Virus record (IMG/VR): IMGVR_UViG_3300046519_000214
Location: 1-64,000 of that record
Origin: a virus
Length of the DNA stretch: 64,000 nt
Direction: 5' to 3' (one strand)
Under the pieces are notes generated by a model. The model saw nothing but the letters and a program-made list of their open reading frames with translations, searched no databases and had not been told where the DNA came from. Shown here piece after piece: positions 46,727-56,487 of this stretch (positions are counted from its first letter, which is position 1; each line of letters begins with the position of its first letter). The position numbers were made by a program, and so were the translations under genes.

Positions 46727-47214
46727 CGTCGACTGCGCCTCTTGAGCACAAACAAGAAGCACAGAAACTCACAGCCGACGCGCTGGTCGATCTCTACACG
46801 ATCATCCTGAAGAACCAACCGGTCATCTTCCGCTTCAAGACCGACAACACCACCACGTGGCAGGGACAGCTTTACGAAGGCATGGCCACACGCATGACCG
46901 GCGACACTCGATCGGCGGACGGCGAGGAAAGCCGGCCAATTCTCCAGGTCATGAACCCGTTCGGGATCTTTAACTCGGCCGCGATCAAGGGCCAGCTCGA
47001 CCAGGCCACCGTGATCCGTCGTCGCGTCCTCCGCGATCATGTCGAGAAGGATGTGAACAAATTCGAGCAACGCATGTGGTACGTCGGCCGCATCCGCGAG
47101 CTCATCTCCGGACAGAGCATCTCGCTCGAGCTCCGCAACATGACCGAAGGCGCGAACTTCCAGATTCCGTGCCGCATGTTCATCCCGCCTGAGTTCCCGA
47201 TGGTGTCGCTCTAA
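46723..47214 (+). CDS. minor tail protein L-like
   Basis: QKLTADALVDLY...TWQGQLY...P.L...N. Confidence 0.75.
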   Translation: MTSTAPLEHKQEAQKLTADALVDLYTIILKNQPVIFRFKTDNTTTWQGQLYEGMATRMTGDTRSADGEESRPILQVMNPFGIFNSAAIKGQLDQATVIRRRVLRDHVEKDVNKFEQRMWYVGRIRELISGQSISLELRNMTEGANFQIPCRMFIPPEFPMVSL

Positions 47215-47702
47215 TGTTGAAATATGAGCACCTGCTGCACCGACCGTTCAGCTACAAGAACCAGAACTGCTACCACCTGATCCGCGGCTTCTACGCTGAC
47301 AACTTCGGCATTCAGCTACCCAACTACGCTGGCCCGAAGGATTTCTGGAACAACGATCTCGACCTCTACATGAACCGCTATCGCAAGTGCGGCTTCTATT
47401 TGCTCGACTGCCACCCATCCGAATACCAACCAGGTGACGTGATCCTCTGTGGCATCGACTCTCCCGTAGCCAACCACGTGGGTGTGTTCGTCGAGAACGG
47501 CCAGGTGCTTCATCATCTCTGGGGCCGGCTGTCGACCGTGGAGTCGTATCGGGCTCTGCTTCGCAACACCACTCTCGCCGTCCTCCGTCACAAGGACGTC
47601 AAACTCGAGCAGACCGAGAGCTCTGTGAACCTCCTCGATATTGTTAGCCCGAGCGTCAAAAGGAAACTCGATGACTTCCTCCGAACTTCTCCACTTGTAT
47701 GA
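47214..47702 (+). CDS. NlpC/P60-family tail protein (K C-terminal half)
   Basis: NCYHLIRGFY...QPGDVIL...NHVGVF...LHH. Confidence 0.85.
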   Translation: MLKYEHLLHRPFSYKNQNCYHLIRGFYADNFGIQLPNYAGPKDFWNNDLDLYMNRYRKCGFYLLDCHPSEYQPGDVILCGIDSPVANHVGVFVENGQVLHHLWGRLSTVESYRALLRNTTLAVLRHKDVKLEQTESSVNLLDIVSPSVKRKLDDFLRTSPLV

Positions 47703-47991
47703 GGGCGACAAGGAACGCTGTGGTTTCATCCTGAAGACAGGCGAGATCGTCGAGTGCGAGAACATCTGCGAGCAGCCAACTGAGGGCTTCGATTTCCGGG
47801 GTGAGGATCTCGTCCTTTACACGCCGGTCGCAGCCGCCAGCTGGCACACCCACCCTGGCGAGGACTCGAACCTATCTGCCGGCGACTTCCATTCGTTCAT
47901 CAACTGGCCCGAGCTCGAGCACTACATCATCGGCAATGATGGTGTGACGAAGTACGTGGTCGCGGACGGAGATGTTCTCGTTGCGGATTAA
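47671..47991 (+). CDS. JAB/MPN-domain tail protein (K N-terminal half)
   Basis: ERCGFI...WHTHP...LSAGD. Confidence 0.85.
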   Translation: MTSSELLHLYEGDKERCGFILKTGEIVECENICEQPTEGFDFRGEDLVLYTPVAAASWHTHPGEDSNLSAGDFHSFINWPELEHYIIGNDGVTKYVVADGDVLVAD

Positions 47992-48541
47992 GGTCATTCT
48001 CCACGGCTATTTCGCTGCCTTTCATGATGGCCCGATTGAGATGGTGGGTCACACCGTCGCGGACATCATCGAAGGTGTCACACGCCAGGTCAAAGGCTTC
48101 CAGCCTGACCCCGTTCGTGGTCGCCATCGCATCAAGATTGTCGGCTTTGATACGGAGGAGTCCCTCCACACGCCGATCGAGCCCGACGTCGAATTCATCC
48201 ATATCGTCCCGCAGCTGAGCGGTGGCAAGAAGGGTGGTCTGCTTCAGATCCTCCTCGGCGTTGTACTTGTCGGCGTCGGCCTTATGCTGGGCGCTGGCTC
48301 GCTCGTCGGCTCGCTTCTGATCAAGGTTGGTGCCTTGGCCCTACTCGGAGGCCTGACAGCACTCCTGGCCCCGAAGCCTGAGACCGACACGCAAGGGGAT
48401 AGCACGCGAAAGAGCGGCTATCTCGGCACGCCGAAGAACACGGTGGCGATCGGTACCCGCATCCCAATCCTCTACGGCAGGCGCCGCGTCTACGGACACT
48501 TCCTGTCGTTCGATATCAACGCGATCGAGTACAAACCATAG
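47972..48541 (+). CDS. tail assembly protein I-like
   Basis: IHIVPQLSGGK.G..QI..G; NT...G..IPILYG. Confidence 0.85.
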   Translation: MFSLRIKVILHGYFAAFHDGPIEMVGHTVADIIEGVTRQVKGFQPDPVRGRHRIKIVGFDTEESLHTPIEPDVEFIHIVPQLSGGKKGGLLQILLGVVLVGVGLMLGAGSLVGSLLIKVGALALLGGLTALLAPKPETDTQGDSTRKSGYLGTPKNTVAIGTRIPILYGRRRVYGHFLSFDINAIEYKP

Positions 48542-48549
48542 GATCTCTA

Positions 48550-49587
48550 ATGCGTCCATCTGAAGACCTCATCAAGCAGGCAGTTGGCATGACGGGGGGC
48601 TTCAGACCCGCCGCTCGCTATCTGCGGGAGCAGGGCTACGACATCTCCGAGTCTGGCATCCGTGGGATGAAGAAACGCTGGGACGACAGCGACTTCGAGC
48701 TTGTCGACGAGCCAAAACCCTCGATCGACATCGAAGCCCTGGTCGAGCGCCGCATCAACCAGTTCGCTCAGAAGCGGGAGAAATTCGAGCGGGAGAAAAT
48801 CATCCCGGTTCGCGTCAAGCGCGACGGCCCAATCGGCATTGGCTTCTTCGGTGACATGCACCTGGACGACGATGGCACAGACCTGGCCCAGGTGCTCGAG
48901 CACGTCAATCTCTTCGACGGCCGGAATGAAGGTCTATATGCGGCCAACGTCGGTGACGTCTTCAACAACTGGGCTGGCCGTCTGGCTCGTCTCTACTCGG
49001 AACAGAGCACCTCGGCGGACGAAGCCCTGGCACTGGTCGAGTACGTTCTCCAGAAGATCGACTGGCTCTATTACACGGACGGCAACCACGATCTGTGGGG
49101 GCAGGGTGGCGACATCCTGAAGCACATCCTCGCGAACAACGCTCTGGTCCACAAGTCGAACAAGGTTCGTCTGCAGCTGCAGCTGCCCAACGGACGTGAC
49201 GTGAAGATCTATTCGGTCCACGGGTTCCGCGGTAAGTCCATGTGGTCGGAGTCCTATGGTGCTGCGAAGGCAGCTCAGCTCGACGGCGATCACCACGACA
49301 TCTACGTCGCCGGCCACATCCACACCTCGGGTTATGCCCATGGCATGCGTCCATCATCCTCGCAGATCTGGCACGCTCTCCAGGTCGCCTCGTACAAGAA
49401 GATTGACCGCTACGCCGAGGAGCTGAACCTCGACGCCAAGGATCTCTACAATTGCCCTGTGGCACTCATCGATCCCTACGCGACGAGCGAGATGAACTTC
49501 ATCCGTTTCGAGTTTGATCCTGGTGAAGCAGCCGAGCGTCTGAAGTGGATGCAGAACCGCTGGCGCTCTGGAAAAACAGCTCATTAA
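48550..49587 (+). CDS. calcineurin-like metallophosphoesterase with an N-terminal HTH
   Basis: GDMH, VGDVFN, GNHD, VHG, GHIH. Confidence 0.85.
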   Translation: MRPSEDLIKQAVGMTGGFRPAARYLREQGYDISESGIRGMKKRWDDSDFELVDEPKPSIDIEALVERRINQFAQKREKFEREKIIPVRVKRDGPIGIGFFGDMHLDDDGTDLAQVLEHVNLFDGRNEGLYAANVGDVFNNWAGRLARLYSEQSTSADEALALVEYVLQKIDWLYYTDGNHDLWGQGGDILKHILANNALVHKSNKVRLQLQLPNGRDVKIYSVHGFRGKSMWSESYGAAKAAQLDGDHHDIYVAGHIHTSGYAHGMRPSSSQIWHALQVASYKKIDRYAEELNLDAKDLYNCPVALIDPYATSEMNFIRFEFDPGEAAERLKWMQNRWRSGKTAH

Positions 49588-49598
49588 TCCCCACTTAA
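49584..49598. promoter_or_regulatory. second CtrA-type site
   Basis: TTAA-TCCCCAC-TTAA, 30 nt upstream of the tail J gene. Confidence 0.4.
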
Positions 49599-49628
49599 AC
49601 CGGTACATAAGAAACGCCGGATAAGTCT

Positions 49629-52600
49629 ATGACAATTCAAGATATCTCCCTTCGGAAACTTAGCGGTTCGAAGGGAGGATCTAGTTCCAGTCCTAAACAG
49701 ACAGCCGACTCCCTTTTCGCGACCGATGTGGTCGAAGCACTTTTGGGCATCAGCGAAGGCCCAATCAAAGGTCTGGAGAACGGCGCCAAATCCTACCTGG
49801 TCGGTGAGACCCAACTCCAGGACGACAGCGGCTCCAACAACTTCGAAAACTTCGAGCTCGTCGACTACAAAGGAAGCGAGCAGGGGGAGGAGATCTACTC
49901 CCGTCTTGGTGGCTTCGGCGCGTCCACCACGGTCAACACCGAGATGGCACCCAACGTCGCTATCATCCGGCAGGGCACCCATACGGACATCGACTACATT
50001 GATTTGCGCTTCGTCATCAACCAGCTGGTGACGCAGAACGACAAGGGCACCTTTAATCACACCGGCCGCTGGCGCATCGAACACAAACTCGTCAGTGGCC
50101 AGTATTGGGAACCCGTCCGGACGCCGAGCGTCAATCCACTCCCGCCGCAAATCTCTGGCGACAGCTTCGACATCTATTATGGGACTGGTGGAACACCGGC
50201 AAAGATCAACGCCTCTCCAGGTGATCGGCCGACTTACTGGGCACCATCGCAGCCGATCACGACGGCCAACGCTGGCATCTGGTTCGACACCTCGAACAAC
50301 TATAAGCCAAAGATCTGGGACGGATATAACTGGTATTTCCCAGCCGGTCTCTACTTCGCGAGCAATCGCTGGACCTGGTCCGAGGCTTCCTCATGGGGAG
50401 GCGATCGGGCCACCAGAGCATTCGTCGGCCCGCAACTCGGCTTCGCTCCTGAGCAAGGCGACTACTGGCTGCACACGGGCGCCCAGCGTCCATACTTCTT
50501 CAACGGCTCGAGCTGGATCCAGGCGGGATCCTCGCTCCGTCCTGGTACCTTCGGTGAGAACGGGACCGGCGGTGACGTCGTCCTGACGAATGGTGAAATC
50601 GCGATCACCGCGAAGACCACTCAACCGTTCCCGAAAGAGCTCCGCATCCCGGTCGCTCGGGCCAACGAGCCCTACATGTTCCGCGTCACCAAGACCTCTC
50701 CGATCGATACGACGGAGAACTTCTTCAGCATCACCTGGGAGTCGTTCCAGGAGGTGACCGCGAAGAACTACAAGTTCCCGGGTCTCGCCTGCACCCAGGT
50801 GATCGCTCGAGCGAGCGAGCAGTTCTCGTCGATCCCGGATTTCTCAGGCATTTACCTCGGCCGCATCGTTCGTGTTCCGTCCAACTACAACTCGACGACC
50901 CGTGTCTACACCGGGGTCTGGGACGGCACCTGGAAGCTCGCCTACACGAACAACCCAGCCTTCGTCGCCAACGATGTTGTGCTGAACGACCGGTATGGCA
51001 TGAATGCCTACTACCCGATCGTGATCGACAAGTGGGATGTCTATGACGCTGGCGTCTGGTGCGACACGCGAACGGCGTCTGGGAAACCCCGCTTCACCTT
51101 CAACGGTTTGATCTCGGACCCGAAGGGTGGCCGCGACACCATCAATTACATTTGCGGCATCTTCGCCGGCCGTTTCTTTGACGACGGCAATGGTCAGGGC
51201 GTCATCAAGATTGACCGCGATCTCAATCCCGCCGTGGCCTTCACGCCTGAGAACGTTGTCGACGGACTTTTCACGTACTCGTTCACCGAGATCTCGACCC
51301 GCCACAACGATCTGACGGTCACGTTCACGAATGAGAACCTGGGCTGGCAGGACGACCGCCGTCGTGTCTACGACCAGGACCATATTAATAAGTACGGTCG
51401 CATCCCGTTCAACTTCGAAGCGATCGCCTGCACCGACGAAGAAGAAGCGATCCGCCGCGCTCGGTATCATCTGATCACCGGCACGACCGAGACCATGATG
51501 GTCAACTTCAAGACCAACCGCATGGGTCTCTATCTCACGCCGTATGATGTTATCACCGTCGCGGATGAGGACATGGAAGCTGGCCTCAGCGGACGTGTGA
51601 AGAGTGTGACCGGCAAGCGGACGATCAATCTCCGCGACCCACTCTTCCTCGAACCTGGCTACTCCTACCAGGTGGGCTTCCAGCGGATCAGCGAGGCGAC
51701 TGGCGACTTCGTGATGGACAGCCGCGAGCTGACCAATGTCACGGGCGCTGTGACCGCTCTGACGACCACTGTGGACTTGCCGGATCTTCCGGACGACGCC
51801 GTCTTCACCATCTCCCAGATGAATGGTGATGTGGCACCGCTCGCGTTCCGCGTCATGTCGATCACGGAAGTGGACGGCGATCCGGACAACGTCGAAATCC
51901 AGGCCATGCAGATGAACCGAGCCAAGTGGCTCTACGTCGACGGCTACATTGGTTCGATCGATGACCTGGATAAGTACGTCCTAGATCAGAAGAAGAAGCC
52001 CGAACCTATCACGGATCTGAAGGTGAGGGCGACCAGCCGCTCCGTTGGCGCCCGCAAGGTCACGACACTCACCCTGGCCTGGAACCCGAGCCCGACGAAG
52101 ACCGTCACCAAATACAAGATCTCTGGCTCGCGAGACAACGGCCCAATCGCGCTGCTTGGCGAAGTCCCGGTCCCCCAGTTTGAGTGGGACGACATTCCGG
52201 CCGGCGAATATTATTTCGAGGTGACGGCTGTCGACGTGAACGGCTACGCTTCTGCAGCGGCCATTATCGAGCACCGCCTGATTGGCGACACCCGCGTGGT
52301 AGACGGGATCGCCGGTCTCCGGATGATCGACGAGCCGACCGAGACGGACTTCGAAAGCCGTTCGCCGCTCTTCCAATGGGGTGCATCGAAGGACGACTAT
52401 TTCAAGCAGTACATCATGCAGATCCGCGATCTGAGCGATCTCGTGATCCGCGAGGAAATCCTCGACCGCACGTGGTACACCTACGAGTACACGGTCAATA
52501 TGAACGACGGCGGTGGAACGCCTCGTCGTGCCTTCAAGATCGCCATCGCGACCGAGGACCAGTTCGGGTTCAGGTCCGACTTCGTCACACTGGCCGTCAA

Positions 52601-53435
52601 GAACGATGCACCGGCAGCTCCTGCCACCCAGAGCGTCGAGGTTCTCTACGAAGCTGCCGTCGTCCATTATGACGTGCCGCCGATCCGCGACTTCCGCGGC
52701 GTCGTGGTCCATGCCTCATTGACGGACAGCTTCACGCCAGATGACAGCAACCTCGTCTACAAGGGACCGAACAACAACGTCGCGATCCCGCTCGAGGCCG
52801 ACAACACCTGGTACTTCAAGCTGGCGTTCTACGACTTGTTCGAGGACGATTCCGATCTCAACTTCGGCAACCAGATGATGCTCGAGATCCCGCTTCCGAG
52901 CGGTGGCGTGGGTGACGAGATTCCGCCGGAACCTCCGACAAGCCTGTCGGTCGCACCTGGCTTCAAGATCCTGGTCGCCAACTGGGTGAATCCGTCCGAC
53001 TCCGATATCTCGTACATTGAGCTGTTCACCAATACGGTCAACGACGTGACGACGTCCACGTTCGGCGGCAATGCTTCAGGCACCCGTGGCGTGATCATTG
53101 GCCTGAGCGCCAGTGTGAAATATTGGGTCTGGGCACGAGCCGTCGACAAGTCTGGGAACCGTTCGGTATTCACGTCAACCGAAGTCTTCGGAACACCGCT
53201 GGCGCTCGGCGCGACCGAGATCTCGGACGATGCCATCAAAACGAATCATCTTGATGCAGGAAGCGTCACTGCGGAGCAGCTCGCGGCTGGATCTGTCACC
53301 GCTGCGAAACTAAGTGTGTCTTCACTATCGACCGTCACCGCAAACATGGGTGATTTGACCGCGGGCGTGGCTCGATCGGCAAACAACAAGATGCGGATCG
53401 AGCTCGACAACACCAGGATTCTAATCGCGGACTAA
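49629..53435 (+). CDS. central tail tip / host specificity protein J-like
   Basis: ISEGPIKGL, VPSNY...Y.G.WDGT.K.AYTNNPA, PRFTFNG, FN3 repeats. Confidence 0.92.
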   Translation: MTIQDISLRKLSGSKGGSSSSPKQTADSLFATDVVEALLGISEGPIKGLENGAKSYLVGETQLQDDSGSNNFENFELVDYKGSEQGEEIYSRLGGFGASTTVNTEMAPNVAIIRQGTHTDIDYIDLRFVINQLVTQNDKGTFNHTGRWRIEHKLVSGQYWEPVRTPSVNPLPPQISGDSFDIYYGTGGTPAKINASPGDRPTYWAPSQPITTANAGIWFDTSNNYKPKIWDGYNWYFPAGLYFASNRWTWSEASSWGGDRATRAFVGPQLGFAPEQGDYWLHTGAQRPYFFNGSSWIQAGSSLRPGTFGENGTGGDVVLTNGEIAITAKTTQPFPKELRIPVARANEPYMFRVTKTSPIDTTENFFSITWESFQEVTAKNYKFPGLACTQVIARASEQFSSIPDFSGIYLGRIVRVPSNYNSTTRVYTGVWDGTWKLAYTNNPAFVANDVVLNDRYGMNAYYPIVIDKWDVYDAGVWCDTRTASGKPRFTFNGLISDPKGGRDTINYICGIFAGRFFDDGNGQGVIKIDRDLNPAVAFTPENVVDGLFTYSFTEISTRHNDLTVTFTNENLGWQDDRRRVYDQDHINKYGRIPFNFEAIACTDEEEAIRRARYHLITGTTETMMVNFKTNRMGLYLTPYDVITVADEDMEAGLSGRVKSVTGKRTINLRDPLFLEPGYSYQVGFQRISEATGDFVMDSRELTNVTGAVTALTTTVDLPDLPDDAVFTISQMNGDVAPLAFRVMSITEVDGDPDNVEIQAMQMNRAKWLYVDGYIGSIDDLDKYVLDQKKKPEPITDLKVRATSRSVGARKVTTLTLAWNPSPTKTVTKYKISGSRDNGPIALLGEVPVPQFEWDDIPAGEYYFEVTAVDVNGYASAAAIIEHRLIGDTRVVDGIAGLRMIDEPTETDFESRSPLFQWGASKDDYFKQYIMQIRDLSDLVIREEILDRTWYTYEYTVNMNDGGGTPRRAFKIAIATEDQFGFRSDFVTLAVKNDAPAAPATQSVEVLYEAAVVHYDVPPIRDFRGVVVHASLTDSFTPDDSNLVYKGPNNNVAIPLEADNTWYFKLAFYDLFEDDSDLNFGNQMMLEIPLPSGGVGDEIPPEPPTSLSVAPGFKILVANWVNPSDSDISYIELFTNTVNDVTTSTFGGNASGTRGVIIGLSASVKYWVWARAVDKSGNRSVFTSTEVFGTPLALGATEISDDAIKTNHLDAGSVTAEQLAAGSVTAAKLSVSSLSTVTANMGDLTAGVARSANNKMRIELDNTRILIAD

Positions 53436-53884
53436 TGACCAACAGAATTATCCTCGGCGCCTTCGAAGGCACATATGTCCTAAGAGCCTCCAAGCCAGGT
53501 TACAATGTTCTCGATCCTGCCCTGACCAAGGAGCAGCTGGCCTTCGATAGCCGTTACTTCACCGCCATGCGTGTCCTTTCCCAGGGAACTGTCCAAGGTC
53601 TCCTGGAATGGGCCGACATGGTCGGATGGTCCTGGTTCGGGGCCTCACCAATCTATCTAGGCGGCAGCTGGGATGCGAACGAGCTCCCCACCATGGTTGT
53701 CGCGCCACGTTGCAACTTCAGCAACGATATAATCGGTCAGGCCCAGATCGGTGGCCTCTTCTCTTCTGGAGGCTATGACGCCACAGGCAAGACCTTGGGA
53801 TTTGGTGCCACAGCCGCCTGGTATCCTCCTGATCGAGTCACCCGCACGTACGGATGGTTCGACTACTGGATTGTGAAACCGTAA
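53435..53884 (+). CDS. tail tip accessory protein, paralog A
   Basis: MTNRIILG...LRASKPGYNVL. Confidence 0.7.
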   Translation: MTNRIILGAFEGTYVLRASKPGYNVLDPALTKEQLAFDSRYFTAMRVLSQGTVQGLLEWADMVGWSWFGASPIYLGGSWDANELPTMVVAPRCNFSNDIIGQAQIGGLFSSGGYDATGKTLGFGATAAWYPPDRVTRTYGWFDYWIVKP

Positions 53885-54285
53885 TGGTAGGTCGCGTCCT
53901 CCTCGGTAAGCGGGGCACTGAATATGGATTGTGGATCACCAAACCTGGCAAGGAAGTTCAGACCGCCACACTGGACAGCGACTTTCTGCTTCGGGTCGAC
54001 ACCAAGATGGTGCAGGTGGTCCAGAGTGGGGTCATTCCTCAAACCGCCGGTGGCTTCACACCAACCGTCGTGAACATTCCGAACCTTGGCTTCAAGCCCG
54101 TCGTCGAGTTCGAGAGCGTCGGTTGGTACGAGGTTGTTTGCCAGTATCTGAGTTGGACTCAAATCTATTTCATCCAATCACCTAACGGTGGTGATGGAAG
54201 CCTGGGCAATCGCTTCACCCCCGCAGGCAGTGCGGCCCAGAGATATATCCGCTATCGAGTTTGGAGCTTGCCCGCCGTTGCCTAA
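53884..54285 (+). CDS. tail tip accessory protein, paralog B
   Basis: MVGRVLLG...LWITKPGKEV. Confidence 0.7.
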   Translation: MVGRVLLGKRGTEYGLWITKPGKEVQTATLDSDFLLRVDTKMVQVVQSGVIPQTAGGFTPTVVNIPNLGFKPVVEFESVGWYEVVCQYLSWTQIYFIQSPNGGDGSLGNRFTPAGSAAQRYIRYRVWSLPAVA

Positions 54286-54655
54286 TCGTGTGCTGCTCAG
54301 CAATGAGGGTTTGAAGGTATCACGTCCAGGCATGGACGTGCTGAGTGCTGCAAATGTAAACCTGAACTTCTCGTCTGATTGGTCAGCAATGACGCTGCTC
54401 ATCTCGGGCAAGGTCTACGTCACCGGGACGACCGTCATCCCTTTTGGCAAGACCTTCTCTCGAATCCCCCAGGTAACCGTCCCGTACAACTTCAACTCGG
54501 CCGAGTTGGGTTATCAATGGATGTATTTGCAGTTCAACGATTTGACCCTGGGATTGAACGGGGTTGCACAAGTTTTCAACGATCGGCTGGAACTCTACGC
54601 GGGCACCTGGGGACCGATCTACATGGGCTACTTCATTTGGGATTACGCTGTATGA
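54278..54655 (+). CDS. tail tip accessory protein, paralog C
   Basis: (M)PNRVLL...LKVSRPGMDVL; TTG start. Confidence 0.65.
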   Translation: MPNRVLLSNEGLKVSRPGMDVLSAANVNLNFSSDWSAMTLLISGKVYVTGTTVIPFGKTFSRIPQVTVPYNFNSAELGYQWMYLQFNDLTLGLNGVAQVFNDRLELYAGTWGPIYMGYFIWDYAV

Positions 54656-55215
54656 TTATCGAACACTTACCTGACGGCCGGATCACTCACGCCATCTGGG
54701 ATCCAGTCTCCCCCGACATTCATGCCGCTTTCGAGGAGCAGGGGCGACCCTACTTGGATTTCCCTCCAGTGGCCCTGCCTGACATCGGCGCCGTCGACCC
54801 CACAACGGGCCAGCCCATCATGGAGACGGTCCAGATTCCAAGGATCGACGCTGAAGGTCAGCCCGTCGTCGATGAGCTGGGCGAGCAGGTAGTCGACACC
54901 TTCGAGCAGCAGATAGTCATCACCGGTCGTCTGGAATCCGTGAAGTGTGCCATTGAGAGCGACTACATTCTGGATGGACAGATCACGGCACGGCCGAAGT
55001 TCGATGTACCTGCCGAAATCAATCTCAAGGTCGGTGAGACTGTCAAGCTGACTGGCTTGCCGGATCCTTGCAACGTTTGGGTGGACCGCGATCCCACTAT
55101 CCTGACCGGTGGCGAGCTCGAGCTCGAGGCCGAGATGCCGGCGACCTACAACATCGTGCTCGAGAAGTGGCCGTACATGGAACGCTACGTGAAGGTGACG
55201 ATCGATGAAGCTTAA
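54652..55215 (+). CDS. hypothetical tail-associated protein
   Basis: ATGA-coupled ORF. Confidence 0.65.
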   Translation: MIIEHLPDGRITHAIWDPVSPDIHAAFEEQGRPYLDFPPVALPDIGAVDPTTGQPIMETVQIPRIDAEGQPVVDELGEQVVDTFEQQIVITGRLESVKCAIESDYILDGQITARPKFDVPAEINLKVGETVKLTGLPDPCNVWVDRDPTILTGGELELEAEMPATYNIVLEKWPYMERYVKVTIDEA

Positions 55216-55585
55216 TCTGAAGAAGGATCTGACTCCGATCCGCGCCGCGGCGATCGCCAAGATCGATGCTGCAGCCGAGCTCGCACGTGGAAGGTACATC
55301 ACGCTCGGCGCCGGTCAGGCCATGACCTACCTGGAGAAGGAACGCCAAGCAGAGACGGTTTGCGCGGACCCGAACATAAACCCGAACCTGGTCCGCCTAG
55401 TGGCGATCGACGCTGAGCGATACAACGTCACGCTCCTGGACGCCGCGGCTGTCATTCTCACTATGGCCGAGAGCTGGCGTGTCGTCGGACCTATGATCGA
55501 AGACAAACGCATGGTGGCCAAGGATCTTGTGGCCGCAGCGACAACACCAGCCGCAATCGAAGCAGCAACGGAGATAGCCTGGTGA
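55205..55585 (+). CDS. tail fibre assembly-like protein
   Basis: IDAAAELARGRYIT...GQAMTYLEKERQA...AATTPAAI...W. Confidence 0.7.
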   Translation: MKLNLKKDLTPIRAAAIAKIDAAAELARGRYITLGAGQAMTYLEKERQAETVCADPNINPNLVRLVAIDAERYNVTLLDAAAVILTMAESWRVVGPMIEDKRMVAKDLVAAATTPAAIEAATEIAW

Positions 55586-55743
55586 GCAAGACCCGAAACA
55601 AAGGCATCATCGCGTATGGCACGGACGAGGATCGCGAGAAGCTCGCGGTCCTGGCCGACACCTATGGACTGTCCGGAAGCGAGTTTCTGATTAAGATGAT
55701 CAGGGAAAAATTTGAACAACTATTCGGTGCATCGGTTCCATAA
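55582..55743 (+). CDS. small ribbon-helix-helix-like DNA-binding protein (53 aa)
   Basis: (M)SKTRNKGIIAYGTDEDREKLAVLADTYGLSGSEFLIKMIREKFEQLF; GTGA overlap; not in the ORF track. Confidence 0.6.
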   Translation: MSKTRNKGIIAYGTDEDREKLAVLADTYGLSGSEFLIKMIREKFEQLFGASVP

Positions 55744-55754
55744 CAGAACCTATG

Positions 55755-55805
55755 CGATTATCCGTCATAAGGTTTAAGCCTTTCCGATTATCCGTTATAA
55801 GGTTT
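55755..55805. repeat. 21-bp direct repeat x2 (CGATTATCCGTYATAAGGTTT), 30-bp period
   Basis: 55755-55775 and 55785-55805, one mismatch. Confidence 0.85.
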
Positions 55806-55909
55806 CGCCCAGCCCTTATAACCTTCAAACTGAACCGTTCTGAGTCAACCGGAACGGGAATCCTCCAGCCACTGTAACCATATTTACGGGAACCAATTGG
55901 AGTTCCCGT

Positions 55910-56239
55910 ATGCCCCTCACCGACGCTTTCACCCACCGGCTTGACGGCCTTGAATCGGCAGTCCGGCAGATGTCTGATCGCCTCGTTGCAATGGCGGAGT
56001 TTATGGAGCGCCTGGTCGTGCTCGAGGAGCGTAACAGCTTCGTCTCGACCCAGGTGAAGGAAGTGAAGGATGGCTTCAAGGAGGCCATTGGGGAACTCAA
56101 AGCCCAACACACGGACCTCGAGAAAAAGTACACGGCCTTGAATGAGAAGGTCGTCCGCCTGGTGACGCTTTGCTCCGTTGCCAGTGCTGTGATCTCCGCT
56201 GTTGGCCCGCTGCTCCTCAAGAAGTTCGTGGGGCTCTGA
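55910..56239 (+). CDS. coiled-coil protein with C-terminal TM helix (lysis module)
   Basis: Heptad pattern and hydrophobic C-terminus. Confidence 0.65.
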   Translation: MPLTDAFTHRLDGLESAVRQMSDRLVAMAEFMERLVVLEERNSFVSTQVKEVKDGFKEAIGELKAQHTDLEKKYTALNEKVVRLVTLCSVASAVISAVGPLLLKKFVGL

Positions 56240-56487
56240 TGCCGAAGCTGCACCCCGACTGGTGGACGATTCTGCGTCACTCCTGGTCGCTGATGTGCGT
56301 CTACTTCTTCCTGTTCCTCGTCGTGCTTGAGCCGATCTGCGACACGCTGCTGTCCATGATGGCTGGCTCGTCGCTTCCGCCGGCCGTCCGACTTGGCTTC
56401 TCCATCCTGGACGGCCTGGTCGGCCTCGGCGCGGTCTACGGACGCCTCATCCCCCAGAAGAAAATCTCAGGAGCCAAGAATGGCTAA
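56239..56487 (+). CDS. holin
   Basis: Two TM helices; MPKLHPDWWTILRHSWS...GRLIPQK; directly before the endolysin. Confidence 0.7.
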   Translation: MPKLHPDWWTILRHSWSLMCVYFFLFLVVLEPICDTLLSMMAGSSLPPAVRLGFSILDGLVGLGAVYGRLIPQKKISGAKNG

